From a virus: 64,000 nt of DNA. Positions 5,510-14,094 of the stretch are shown here, piece by piece; position 1 is the stretch's first letter, and the number at the start of each line of letters is the position of its first letter. The notes beneath the pieces were generated by a model. That model had not been told where the DNA came from, searched no databases, and saw only the letters and a program-made list of their open reading frames with translations. Location: IMG/VR virus record IMGVR_UViG_3300044613_001835, positions 7,728 through 71,727 of that record; one strand, written 5' to 3'. The position numbers were made by a program, and so were the translations under genes.

Positions 5510-8167
5510 TTATCTCCTTCTCCTAGGTGCAGCAGCAACAATTATTTGACCAGCAATAATTGTTACAACTACAATATCTTCTGCTTTTTCACGTTCTGGA
5601 ATAGACATATCAGCACCTATGCTAAGTAAGGCTTTACCCAACTCACATTTTTGCTCTTCTGTCAAACCTTCAATTGCTTCATCTGGATTAAAACAAGTAG
5701 CAACCGCATCTAATAATGCTGCAGGACTTTCTAACACAAGCAATGCAGATGCTACTTCTGCAGTAATGACCACAGGGTTACCGTTAGCATCTTCTCTTAC
5801 CTCTACTGGAATTAATGGTGGAAGATCACGATATTCAAGTCCCGCCGCTTCTATGGAAGAGGATTCAACTGGTGCTCCTTCTGCAGATTCAATTAAAACA
5901 TCTGCAACCAAATCTTTTTCTGCTAAGGTAAATTTACCATCTTCAGATAATGCTTCAGATAAATTAATAACTTCTGCAGTTGTTATTTCTCCATCTGCAG
6001 ACAACATTTCTGTAATAAACTCTGCTTCTGCTTCTGTTAATCCACCTTCTGATAATGTAGATGAAACTTCAGCAGCAACTTCTTCAGATACTTCTTTACC
6101 ATTTGCAATTGCTTCTAAAACTTCTGTAACTTCAGATGCATCTAAACCACTATCTGAAACTAAATCACTAACTATATCTTGTACCTCTTCTACAGATAAG
6201 GTATCATTATCTTGTGCTATTTCTTCAAAAGAATCCTGATTTTCTTCAAGAATATTTTCTAGTTCATCGTTGGATGAAGATTCATCAGATTCAGGTGTAT
6301 CCGTTTCGGGAGATTCAGGCTCTTCGGAAGGCACTTCTTCAACAGGAATTTCTTCAACAGGAATTTCTTCAACAGGCAATTCTTCAACAGGAACCTCTTC
6401 AACAGGAGTTTCCTCAACAGGAATATCTTCTATTACTGTATTATCCTCTTCAGTTGGAATGGTCTCGTCTGGTACAGTTTGTTGAGGAATATCAGGCACA
6501 GAAATAAAAACTGGTTGTGATGGAACAACTACGACTGGCTCTGGTGCGGGTATAGAAATAACAACCTCTGTATACTCACTTACAGGTCCAGACCAGTTAG
6601 CAACTCTAATAGAGTATGTAGCACCTTCCGTTAAACCAGTTAATTCAATAGACTCTGGAGCACCATCTGTATTATATGTTCCACCAGCATATGGGTTTTC
6701 TGCATTTGGATCATTTGTTGCTACTTGATAAAACCAAGTATTGGCTGCATATCCTGTTGGAAGTTCTGGTGCTATAGTAACTGTTGTACCCTGAACTACT
6801 GCCTCTGAAATTACTGGGGCAGGGGTTGGAATGTTGTTACTAATTGCAGTAATTAACTCTTGAGCATTTGTATTTAATTGTGTTTGTAAGTTTGTTTTAC
6901 TAGATACCGCTGAGTTTACGGCATTAGTTAAAGATGTTGTATTAATAGCATTTATTGCTAATGTGTTTGTAGTATTTTGAGCAACTACTGGAGTAAGACT
7001 TGAGTTTAACTGTGCAATTGTAGCGTTTGCTGCATCAACTGCTGCTTGAACTGTTTCTGTGTTTGGATCTACATACGGAGTAAATGTTGCACCTTGACTT
7101 ATTTGTCCAGCAAAACCTGCTCCAACATTAGTATCTGTAATTGGAATGAGTGCACCGTTAGTTGTTTCTCTAACATTAAATCTCGCTTGATCTGGTATTG
7201 GTCCATTAGCAGTTACATTTGCCATCCAAGCACCATCATTTGGATTTACATCAGCATTAAATCTTACCTGAACCATTTGAGTAGAAGCATCTTGTTGTGG
7301 AAATGGTCTTAAATCCCAAGCAATATCTAAACTTGTTCCAGTAGTTGAATATGTAATTCCAGTTCCTGTACTCCAAGTAGTCCAGTCCCATCCAGCAATA
7401 GATACTGAAGGTGCGCCTGGAGTTGTATGATAAACCCATCCTTCATTTGTTCCAAATGTTATTGTTGCATTTGATCCAACAAATACATTATTGTAAACAG
7501 TTCCACCCATTTGCATTCCGAATGGAAGATTCATTTGAACACCAGCATCATCTACTCCAGAAAGAACATTTGTTGTTGATCCGATAGTTGCCTGTAAATT
7601 ATTGACTGCAGTTTGAGCATTATCAATTGCTATATTTGCTTGAGTAAGTTCAGTTTGTGCAGTGGCTTGCGCTGTCGCTGCTGCTGTTTTTGCTAAAGAA
7701 ACTTGTGATACTTCAACCTGTGCAGTGGCTGTATCAATATTATTTATAGAGTTTTGGGCTGTAACAATAGTATCTTTAGCATCTTGAACCACTTGCGAAC
7801 TTTGATCTACTGGTGTAACAGATAAATCTATTGCACCAATTGTAGCGGTTGCTGTGTCTACTAAGACTACATTTGATTGTGCTACTGATACTGTGGCTGT
7901 TAATGTATCCACCGCTGCCTGAGCCTCTACCCTTTCAGCAACTGCTACTGCTATAGTGGCAGTGGCTGTGTCTGTGGCTGCTATGGCTTGCTGAACCTGC
8001 ACAGTAGCCGTTTCAAGGGCTGAATTAACTGCTTGTTGGGCAGGGCTGACAATGACCTGCTCTTGATTATCTGTAGCCCCAGCATGATCTGGTGCCATAA
8101 TTCCAAAAACTGTTAAAAATAATCCCACCCCAAACGCTAAAGTTATTTTTTGTTTGAGATTAATCAA
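5510..8167 (-). CDS. Large membrane-anchored surface protein (coiled coil, NIDO-like, FN3-like, acidic stalk)
   Basis: Signal peptide; Ala/Thr heptads; DDAGVQMNLPF...SNATITFG; LTGLTEGATYSIRVAN (FN3); PVEE repeats; C-terminal hydrophobic stretch plus RRRR. Confidence 0.7.
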   Translation of the reverse strand: MINLKQKITLAFGVGLFLTVFGIMAPDHAGATDNQEQVIVSPAQQAVNSALETATVQVQQAIAATDTATATIAVAVAERVEAQAAVDTLTATVSVAQSNVVLVDTATATIGAIDLSVTPVDQSSQVVQDAKDTIVTAQNSINNIDTATAQVEVSQVSLAKTAAATAQATAQTELTQANIAIDNAQTAVNNLQATIGSTTNVLSGVDDAGVQMNLPFGMQMGGTVYNNVFVGSNATITFGTNEGWVYHTTPGAPSVSIAGWDWTTWSTGTGITYSTTGTSLDIAWDLRPFPQQDASTQMVQVRFNADVNPNDGAWMANVTANGPIPDQARFNVRETTNGALIPITDTNVGAGFAGQISQGATFTPYVDPNTETVQAAVDAANATIAQLNSSLTPVVAQNTTNTLAINAINTTSLTNAVNSAVSSKTNLQTQLNTNAQELITAISNNIPTPAPVISEAVVQGTTVTIAPELPTGYAANTWFYQVATNDPNAENPYAGGTYNTDGAPESIELTGLTEGATYSIRVANWSGPVSEYTEVVISIPAPEPVVVVPSQPVFISVPDIPQQTVPDETIPTEEDNTVIEDIPVEETPVEEVPVEELPVEEIPVEEIPVEEVPSEEPESPETDTPESDESSSNDELENILEENQDSFEEIAQDNDTLSVEEVQDIVSDLVSDSGLDASEVTEVLEAIANGKEVSEEVAAEVSSTLSEGGLTEAEAEFITEMLSADGEITTAEVINLSEALSEDGKFTLAEKDLVADVLIESAEGAPVESSSIEAAGLEYRDLPPLIPVEVREDANGNPVVITAEVASALLVLESPAALLDAVATCFNPDEAIEGLTEEQKCELGKALLSIGADMSIPEREKAEDIVVVTIIAGQIIVAAAPRRRR
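6335..6430. repeat. 15-bp tandem repeat, about 6 copies, encoding (I/T/V/L)PVEE
   Basis: Unit TTCTTCAACAGGAAT with variants is visible directly. Confidence 0.9.
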
Positions 8168-8203
8168 TTGAGTGGTGATCTCCTATGGTTAACTATATTA
8201 GTA

Positions 8204-8212
8204 ATTATACCA
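8204..8212 (-). promoter_or_regulatory. Extended -10 promoter
   Basis: TGGTATAAT upstream of the 885-aa surface protein gene. Confidence 0.6.
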
Positions 8213-8224
8213 TTTTTATTAAAT

Positions 8225-8256
8225 AAAAAAGAGGGCTAGCACTTGGCTAACCCTCT
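8225..8256 (-). terminator. Rho-independent terminator
   Basis: GAGGGTTAGC-CAAGT-GCTAGCCCTC followed by TTTTTT. Confidence 0.85.
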
Positions 8257-8269
8257 AATTTATAAAGTT

Positions 8270-9952
8270 TTACTTAGTTAAAAGTTTTACTTTAGCCTTT
8301 GGATTTTTCTTGTTCCACTTTGTAGCAAGTGCATTATATTGCTTTACAAAAGCAGCACGATCAGCAATTGCCTTAGCCTTTTCTGCAGCAAGTTCTGCTT
8401 TAAGACTATCAAAAATTCCTTGCAATGCTGTTACTTGTGCAACTAATGCTGCAAGAGTAGCGTTTGTGCTAGAAGAAGAATTTGATACCTTTGCTGTTGC
8501 AGATACTGCTACCTGTCCAGCCAAAGGAAGTGAAGTTCCACCAGTTGCTGAAATAGTTACAGTGTTTTCTGTCAATGGCATAAATACCTTGTATGACTTA
8601 ACTGTATCTGTATCAGTTGTAACTGATGTTGCTGTAATAACATCTGATCCTGAACCAAATGCGTAGGTTGAAGTAATTCCACCTGTTGCAAATAGAGCAG
8701 AATGTGCTTTTCCAGATACTGGAAGACCTGCTGCATCAAGAACCTGTACCTTGATAATTGCTGCTTCTCCTGGAAGGTATGTATCCTTATCAAATGACAA
8801 CTTAACTGTTGCTGCTGGTGACTCTACACGAGTAGATACTGGAGCAGACTTAATAGTTCCCGTTGCATTTCTAATTGTAACTGCAGCACCACCAGCCTTA
8901 ACGCCAGTAATTGTAAATAGTGCTTCACCATTTGAAATTGCCACTGCTGTACCTGAATCAGATACTATAGATAAATCTGATGAATTAGCATAAAGTGTTC
9001 CCGCACCAACTGTTACACCTGATGCATCCTTAGCAACTGCCTTTACAGTAGTTGTATTTGCACCAACTGCAATGACAGACTTAATTGGAGTAGCAACAAT
9101 TGTTGCGATATCTCCATAGAATGTTACAGTCTCTGTTGCAAGAACTGTTCCTGTAAGGGTTGTAATTGTAACTGTTCCAACTCCTGCTGTACCGTCAGCA
9201 AAAACACCAATGTAGTTGCCTGATGGAATTACAAGTGAACGACCTGCTGATCCAATTGTTGTAGCATTTGTACCATAACCAACAAGACCTGCTCCAGTTA
9301 CTGTAGCAAGAAGTGATTCTGATGTTGCTCTACCTGCTGCATTCTTTTGTGAAAGAACAATTACCGCTGCTGCATCTGATGATGCTACCTTTGGCGCAAA
9401 TACTGAATCATCTGTTGTAGCAGTAATTACTTCACCTCTATTAAGAATTGAAGTTGTTGTTGATGCTGAAGGAACTGTATCTCCTGCACCTACTGTTACT
9501 GTCCAAGATACAGAAGGACCACTTGATGGACGTGTTGTAAGAATTGTTGCAACATATGTTCCAGCAACTGTTGGAGCAGCCAAAGTAACTGTAAACTTTG
9601 CTGTTACGTATCCTGCTGTATTAACTGTTGAGTTAACATTTGCAGTTAAACTATCTCCTGCAATTGCCACTGTTGCTGTATTTGTTTCAAGCAATGTAAG
9701 TGTTGCAGACTTGTTAGCCGTAGAAGGCTGTGTAAACATGGCAGATAGAACTGTTGCTGTATCTGCTGATGTTTCTGAAATATATGACAATGAAACTACT
9801 GCTGTTGCAGTCTCACCTACGATAATTGAATCTGTAGCAGAATCAATTGTCAAGGTTGGTGCAATAACAGCAGCACTTGTCGGAAGTGCTGACATTACGC
9901 CAAAGGACATGGCTGCAGCGAGTCCTAGGGCAATTTTCTTAAATGAATTCAT
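8270..9952 (-). CDS. Secreted Ig-like beta-rich surface (S-layer-like) protein with coiled-coil basic C-terminus
   Basis: Signal peptide MNSFKKIALGLAAA...TSA; Ala/Thr/Val-rich; Ig-like segment LSFDKDTYLPGE..IIKVQVLDAAG; Lys-rich C-terminal tail. Confidence 0.6.
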   Translation of the reverse strand: MNSFKKIALGLAAAMSFGVMSALPTSAAVIAPTLTIDSATDSIIVGETATAVVSLSYISETSADTATVLSAMFTQPSTANKSATLTLLETNTATVAIAGDSLTANVNSTVNTAGYVTAKFTVTLAAPTVAGTYVATILTTRPSSGPSVSWTVTVGAGDTVPSASTTTSILNRGEVITATTDDSVFAPKVASSDAAAVIVLSQKNAAGRATSESLLATVTGAGLVGYGTNATTIGSAGRSLVIPSGNYIGVFADGTAGVGTVTITTLTGTVLATETVTFYGDIATIVATPIKSVIAVGANTTTVKAVAKDASGVTVGAGTLYANSSDLSIVSDSGTAVAISNGEALFTITGVKAGGAAVTIRNATGTIKSAPVSTRVESPAATVKLSFDKDTYLPGEAAIIKVQVLDAAGLPVSGKAHSALFATGGITSTYAFGSGSDVITATSVTTDTDTVKSYKVFMPLTENTVTISATGGTSLPLAGQVAVSATAKVSNSSSSTNATLAALVAQVTALQGIFDSLKAELAAEKAKAIADRAAFVKQYNALATKWNKKNPKAKVKLLTK

Positions 9953-9969
9953 TATTCTCCTTGTTATTT

Positions 9970-11754
9970 TTATATTAAGTTGAGTTTATCTAGAAAATCC
10001 TTAACATCGTTAGGCATTTCCCGATTATCCAATTCTACCATACGTTGCTGCTTTTCTGCAAGTCGTGTAGAAGAACTCCATGTGTGAATTTCTATCTCTG
10101 TATTATTAGTCTTTTGTGTATGGGATATTGCTCCAAATACCGCCCCACAAACTGCATCAGCCAAGTCTTTTGACTTTTTACGAGGGTGATCAACCCTATT
10201 GCCTTTCATTATTTTTAATTCTGACATTTCTTCTAGCAAAATTGGAATCATTGGAATAGCAACACGCTCTTCATAAATCATCATAGCCAAATCTTCATAG
10301 TGTTTTTTAGCAACTGAAACAGTCTCTGTTTTAATTCCAACAGCCTGTAATTCATTCTGAATATCAAAAGACTGCCATCGGTCAAAAGAAACCATACCAA
10401 TATTAAATCCTTGTCTACGCAAATTCATAATCCATTGTTTTACCTCAGATAAATTGACTGGTCCTTCTGCTCTTGGCTCCCACCAGGCAACGGCATCAAC
10501 AACAACAATAGGAGCAACCTGCTCATAATCTTTAATAACTTGAATGTTAACCCATTTATCAACATGTGCAATAGCAACAGCACATTTGTCATGTTTTTGT
10601 GCAAGGTCGGCATGTATGTAATAAACTTTATTCTCATCTGGTTTAAAGGTTTCATCAAACCTTCTAAACTGATCTAATGGATTTCTAGTGTTCATACATT
10701 TTTCTAATTTATCTTTTTGTTTAAAGAAAGCATCTGATGCATATGTAGGCATGCATGCAAAACGCATCATTGCATCTCCTAAATCTGTGTAAAAGGCTAG
10801 TTTAAAATCTTCTATTTTACGAGTAGGGTTAACTTCCCAAGTTGGTCGTTTAAATGCATACACCCTTGGAATTTTGTATGACAGTATTGTGTCTTCTTCC
10901 CATGAAATTTCAAATTGATTTCCTGGATCATCATGTGGCAAATCTTCATTCATAATAAATGTGTGTGTGCGTTCAACAGTTTCTTTTTCTGCAATTACTG
11001 ATTCATATCGCTGAGAAATAAAATCACCTTGATAGCGTGGGAATGAAAGCAAAACAACTTTACCAAGATCAGGGAAACGAGAATCTACAGTACCACGAAA
11101 TGCTTTATATATATTGTCAGCAGTCTTACCCTGTTCATTGCCAGTATTAACCTCTGTTGCAAAACCAGAAATCTCATCAAGCACTGCCATAAGAAGGTTT
11201 AATCCCTCATGCGATTCTCTTTCTGAATGACCAGAATAAACAGTAATTGCCTTATCAAATTCTACAGAGTCTGCTTTAGCATTATACTTTCCAGCAAACC
11301 ATGGTGACTTTTCAATTTTTGTTTTAAAACCTTTAAAGAAAACATTCTTAGCCTGTTGAGCGTTAACAGCAACGTTAATAATATCAATAGCATCTCCTGC
11401 AGGCTTGCCAAAATATATTGCTGGATCTTTGAGACAAAGCAGTTTATATACTACATATGCACATGCTACGGTAGATATAAAGTCTTTTCCAGATCCCTTG
11501 CCAAGTTGTAGAATTAGTTCATTTTTAGTGTATTTATTAAAATGATTTAATCCTTCGGCATCACCCATCAACTCCATAAGATCTTCTTTACGATAAATTT
11601 GGCTCATGGCCTCTACTATTTCATATTGAATATCGGACAATATTGGTTGTCCAAGATAATCTGGTGACTGCACAAATGTTTTTACGTCAACTGGTTTTTC
11701 AATAAAATGGTTTTCTTTTAATACTTCAAGAAAATCATTGAACATCGTGGACAA
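9970..11754 (-). CDS. terL: Terminase large subunit
   Basis: Walker A GKGSGKD, Walker B AVLDE, RNase H-like HADLA and SKDLADA motifs. Confidence 0.92.
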   Translation of the reverse strand: MSTMFNDFLEVLKENHFIEKPVDVKTFVQSPDYLGQPILSDIQYEIVEAMSQIYRKEDLMELMGDAEGLNHFNKYTKNELILQLGKGSGKDFISTVACAYVVYKLLCLKDPAIYFGKPAGDAIDIINVAVNAQQAKNVFFKGFKTKIEKSPWFAGKYNAKADSVEFDKAITVYSGHSERESHEGLNLLMAVLDEISGFATEVNTGNEQGKTADNIYKAFRGTVDSRFPDLGKVVLLSFPRYQGDFISQRYESVIAEKETVERTHTFIMNEDLPHDDPGNQFEISWEEDTILSYKIPRVYAFKRPTWEVNPTRKIEDFKLAFYTDLGDAMMRFACMPTYASDAFFKQKDKLEKCMNTRNPLDQFRRFDETFKPDENKVYYIHADLAQKHDKCAVAIAHVDKWVNIQVIKDYEQVAPIVVVDAVAWWEPRAEGPVNLSEVKQWIMNLRRQGFNIGMVSFDRWQSFDIQNELQAVGIKTETVSVAKKHYEDLAMMIYEERVAIPMIPILLEEMSELKIMKGNRVDHPRKKSKDLADAVCGAVFGAISHTQKTNNTEIEIHTWSSSTRLAEKQQRMVELDNREMPNDVKDFLDKLNLI

Positions 11755-12271
11755 TTGTAATCACTTCGCCTTCTTTTGCAATAGATGAAAGTCTATGCAT
11801 AATTAAATCACGAACTTCAGGATGTTCTGACGCAATGTCTCTAAGAATGCCAACAAGAACTTCTTGACGACGTTCAATCTCAACCATCTCTTCTGCAAGT
11901 TCTTTGTTCTCAAGTAGACCAGCCTTTTGAAGCATTTCAATTCTAGATTTTTCAATGTCTACAACTAACTTAATTGCTTGTGTTTTTGCACTAAGATTAT
12001 TTGTCATTGATGCCTCATCAATAACCTCATAAGATTTTGTAATTAATTTACTATAATGTGCATCTGCTCCAGCAAGTGCTTCTTTTGCACGAGCACGAAT
12101 TGCTTCATTAGCGGAAGCCATGACTTTCCACTCATTAATTAATGCAACAACACGAGTTCTTGGCATGTTCAAGTCTTTAGAAATTTTTGTTGGATCTTGA
12201 CCTTTAAGATATTCCGCAACAACTTTATTTACTTCATCAAGATGCTCTATTAATTCTGTTTCAGTTGACAT
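11735..12271 (-). CDS. Putative terminase small subunit
   Basis: N-terminal HTH and helical oligomerisation region; overlaps the terL start. Confidence 0.55.
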   Translation of the reverse strand: MSTETELIEHLDEVNKVVAEYLKGQDPTKISKDLNMPRTRVVALINEWKVMASANEAIRARAKEALAGADAHYSKLITKSYEVIDEASMTNNLSAKTQAIKLVVDIEKSRIEMLQKAGLLENKELAEEMVEIERRQEVLVGILRDIASEHPEVRDLIMHRLSSIAKEGEVITIVHDVQ

Positions 12272-12596
12272 TTTTTTCCTTTGCTATTTTAAGCAATACC
12301 AAATATCCAATAAGATCATCTATATCGTTGTCTCCAACATAGTCTGTACCCTTCATAAGTCTGCTTAACTTATCATCAATTCTTACCCTAAGTTGTTCTA
12401 CTGGATCTGCCTTGCTAAAAATTCTAACGGGATCTAAAGCAGAATCTCCGTATGCAATATTTTTATCAACAAGCATTTGTGCAATTCCGTGGCATGTTAA
12501 CCAAATATCTTTCCCAGATGGAGCACCAATAGAATGAAGATATAAATCTTCACAACTAAAATTTTTTACATCTTTAAATACTGGATTTAATTTAAT
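12261..12596 (-). CDS. DUF1599-like all-alpha nucleotide-modification-associated protein; possible ATT start
   Basis: KNIAYGDS...RIDDKLSR. Frame is open upstream of ATG 12476 to 12623; SD GAGGT is 6 nt before ATT 12596. Confidence 0.55.
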   Translation of the reverse strand: MKLNPVFKDVKNFSCEDLYLHSIGAPSGKDIWLTCHGIAQMLVDKNIAYGDSALDPVRIFSKADPVEQLRVRIDDKLSRLMKGTDYVGDNDIDDLIGYLVLLKIAKEKNVN

Positions 12597-12627
12597 CTTA
12601 ATACCTCTATCTATTTTTAAAATTTAA

Positions 12628-13290
12628 TTATTCTGAATCTATATCCCAAGAATTTTCTGTTTTTTGAATAGATCCAGGAGAAAAATAATTATAATTTTTT
12701 TCTATCATATTAAAATTATTTTTAATAAAAACTGATGTGCATGCTTCTTCAACTTCCATAAATCTTAATCCCCAAAGTGGAATTTCTAAATAACCGTTAT
12801 CATATAAAAACTTACATGTATTTTTGTATTCGTTACTATTATCTAATATTAAAATATTTGGAGATTCAGTCTTTAAAATATTCTTAGTTAATAAAAATCT
12901 ATTAGATGCAGAATCAATAAAAACAATTGTTTTATCGTTAATTTCTATATCTGGAATTTTATTTTCTAAATCATATTTTTGAATAAACCTGTAGTCAACA
13001 TTTTCTGATAGTGATGATTTAAAATTATTATAAAAATTTATATCAGTTTCAAACGAAACAACAGTTTCTACTTTGTCAGCAAAATAATTTGTTGAGTTTC
13101 CAGAACCAAATTCAATTAAATTAAAGTCACTAAAATCATAAGACTCAAACCAATCTAGAAATGGTAAAGACAGCATTGGTTTATTTTGATATAAACCTTT
13201 TGCTCTTAAAATTGTCATTATTGATGCTATTTTAAAATAATCGTAATCTAAAATTATACCGCCAGTAGTATAGATTGGTTGTTCTTTCAT
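12628..13290 (-). CDS. Class I SAM methyltransferase-like protein
   Basis: KPMLS...LIEFGSGNSTNYF..VVSFE..VFIDS..ILDNS; very AT-rich. Confidence 0.7.
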   Translation of the reverse strand: MKEQPIYTTGGIILDYDYFKIASIMTILRAKGLYQNKPMLSLPFLDWFESYDFSDFNLIEFGSGNSTNYFADKVETVVSFETDINFYNNFKSSLSENVDYRFIQKYDLENKIPDIEINDKTIVFIDSASNRFLLTKNILKTESPNILILDNSNEYKNTCKFLYDNGYLEIPLWGLRFMEVEEACTSVFIKNNFNMIEKNYNYFSPGSIQKTENSWDIDSE

Positions 13291-13442
13291 CGCTTTGATC
13301 TCCTTAGTTTAAATTTTGCAAGATATACGTAAACAGTTTCTACACTAGTCCCGCATTCTTTTGCAATGTCTTGCGGAGATTTTTTATCTATAAGATATCT
13401 CTTACGGAGCCAAACCTCACTTGTATACAGTTTACCACTCAT
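13287..13442 (-). CDS. Small HTH DNA-binding protein, 51 aa
   Basis: MSGKLYTSEVWLRKRY...QDIAKECGTSVETVYVYL; ATG 13442 avoids overlap with the upstream gene. Confidence 0.7.
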   Translation of the reverse strand: MSGKLYTSEVWLRKRYLIDKKSPQDIAKECGTSVETVYVYLAKFKLRRSKR

Positions 13443-13446
13443 AGTG

Positions 13447-14091
13447 TTATTTGTCAACCTCTTTTGTATTAATATCATAATAAAATTTATCAGAGTCTTC
13501 CAGCATCCATTTATTTTGATTTTCAACATCCCATTTATAATCATTAATTATTCTTTCAATAACATAATCTTTTTTCAGGGTAAAGGAAGGTTCATAAATA
13601 CGAACTCTATTATTGGGCTGAACAGCAAAGTTGCCATCATCTCGCTGTATGACGTGTCCACATTTGTGCTCAGAAGGACTTTCTGAATACCCGTCATCCA
13701 TAACGTTTGCATCTGGATTATGCCAGTCAAGAGTAAAGAGATATGTTCCATCATGTCTTGTCTTTGTTCTATCAATATATGACATTCTAAGGTTTGTAAG
13801 ATTTTCAAATTTAGTCACAGATATGTGATGGCTAAAGGAGTTCCATAAAACTAAATTGTGTAAGTCTACTTCAGGAACTCCAGGTTTTGTACAAAATGCA
13901 CTAATTGGCAATCTCCACCATAGCCCACCGTCTTCCATCATTATGTGAAATAAAGGACTTCTGCTTTTTATACTAGCAACACCAAATATAACACATGGGA
14001 AATACTTGTCATGACTATCTTTTTGATTTCTTAAATAATTACCACGAACATAACATTCAATTGGTGGAATATTGGCATTTAATTCTGGCAT
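13447..14091 (-). CDS. Phage hypothetical protein
   Basis: Long ORF in operon context (LNANIPP, WWRLPISAF, EHKCGH, QPNNR); function unknown. Confidence 0.7.
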   Translation of the reverse strand: MPELNANIPPIECYVRGNYLRNQKDSHDKYFPCVIFGVASIKSRSPLFHIMMEDGGLWWRLPISAFCTKPGVPEVDLHNLVLWNSFSHHISVTKFENLTNLRMSYIDRTKTRHDGTYLFTLDWHNPDANVMDDGYSESPSEHKCGHVIQRDDGNFAVQPNNRVRIYEPSFTLKKDYVIERIINDYKWDVENQNKWMLEDSDKFYYDINTKEVDK

Positions 14092-14094
14092 ATT

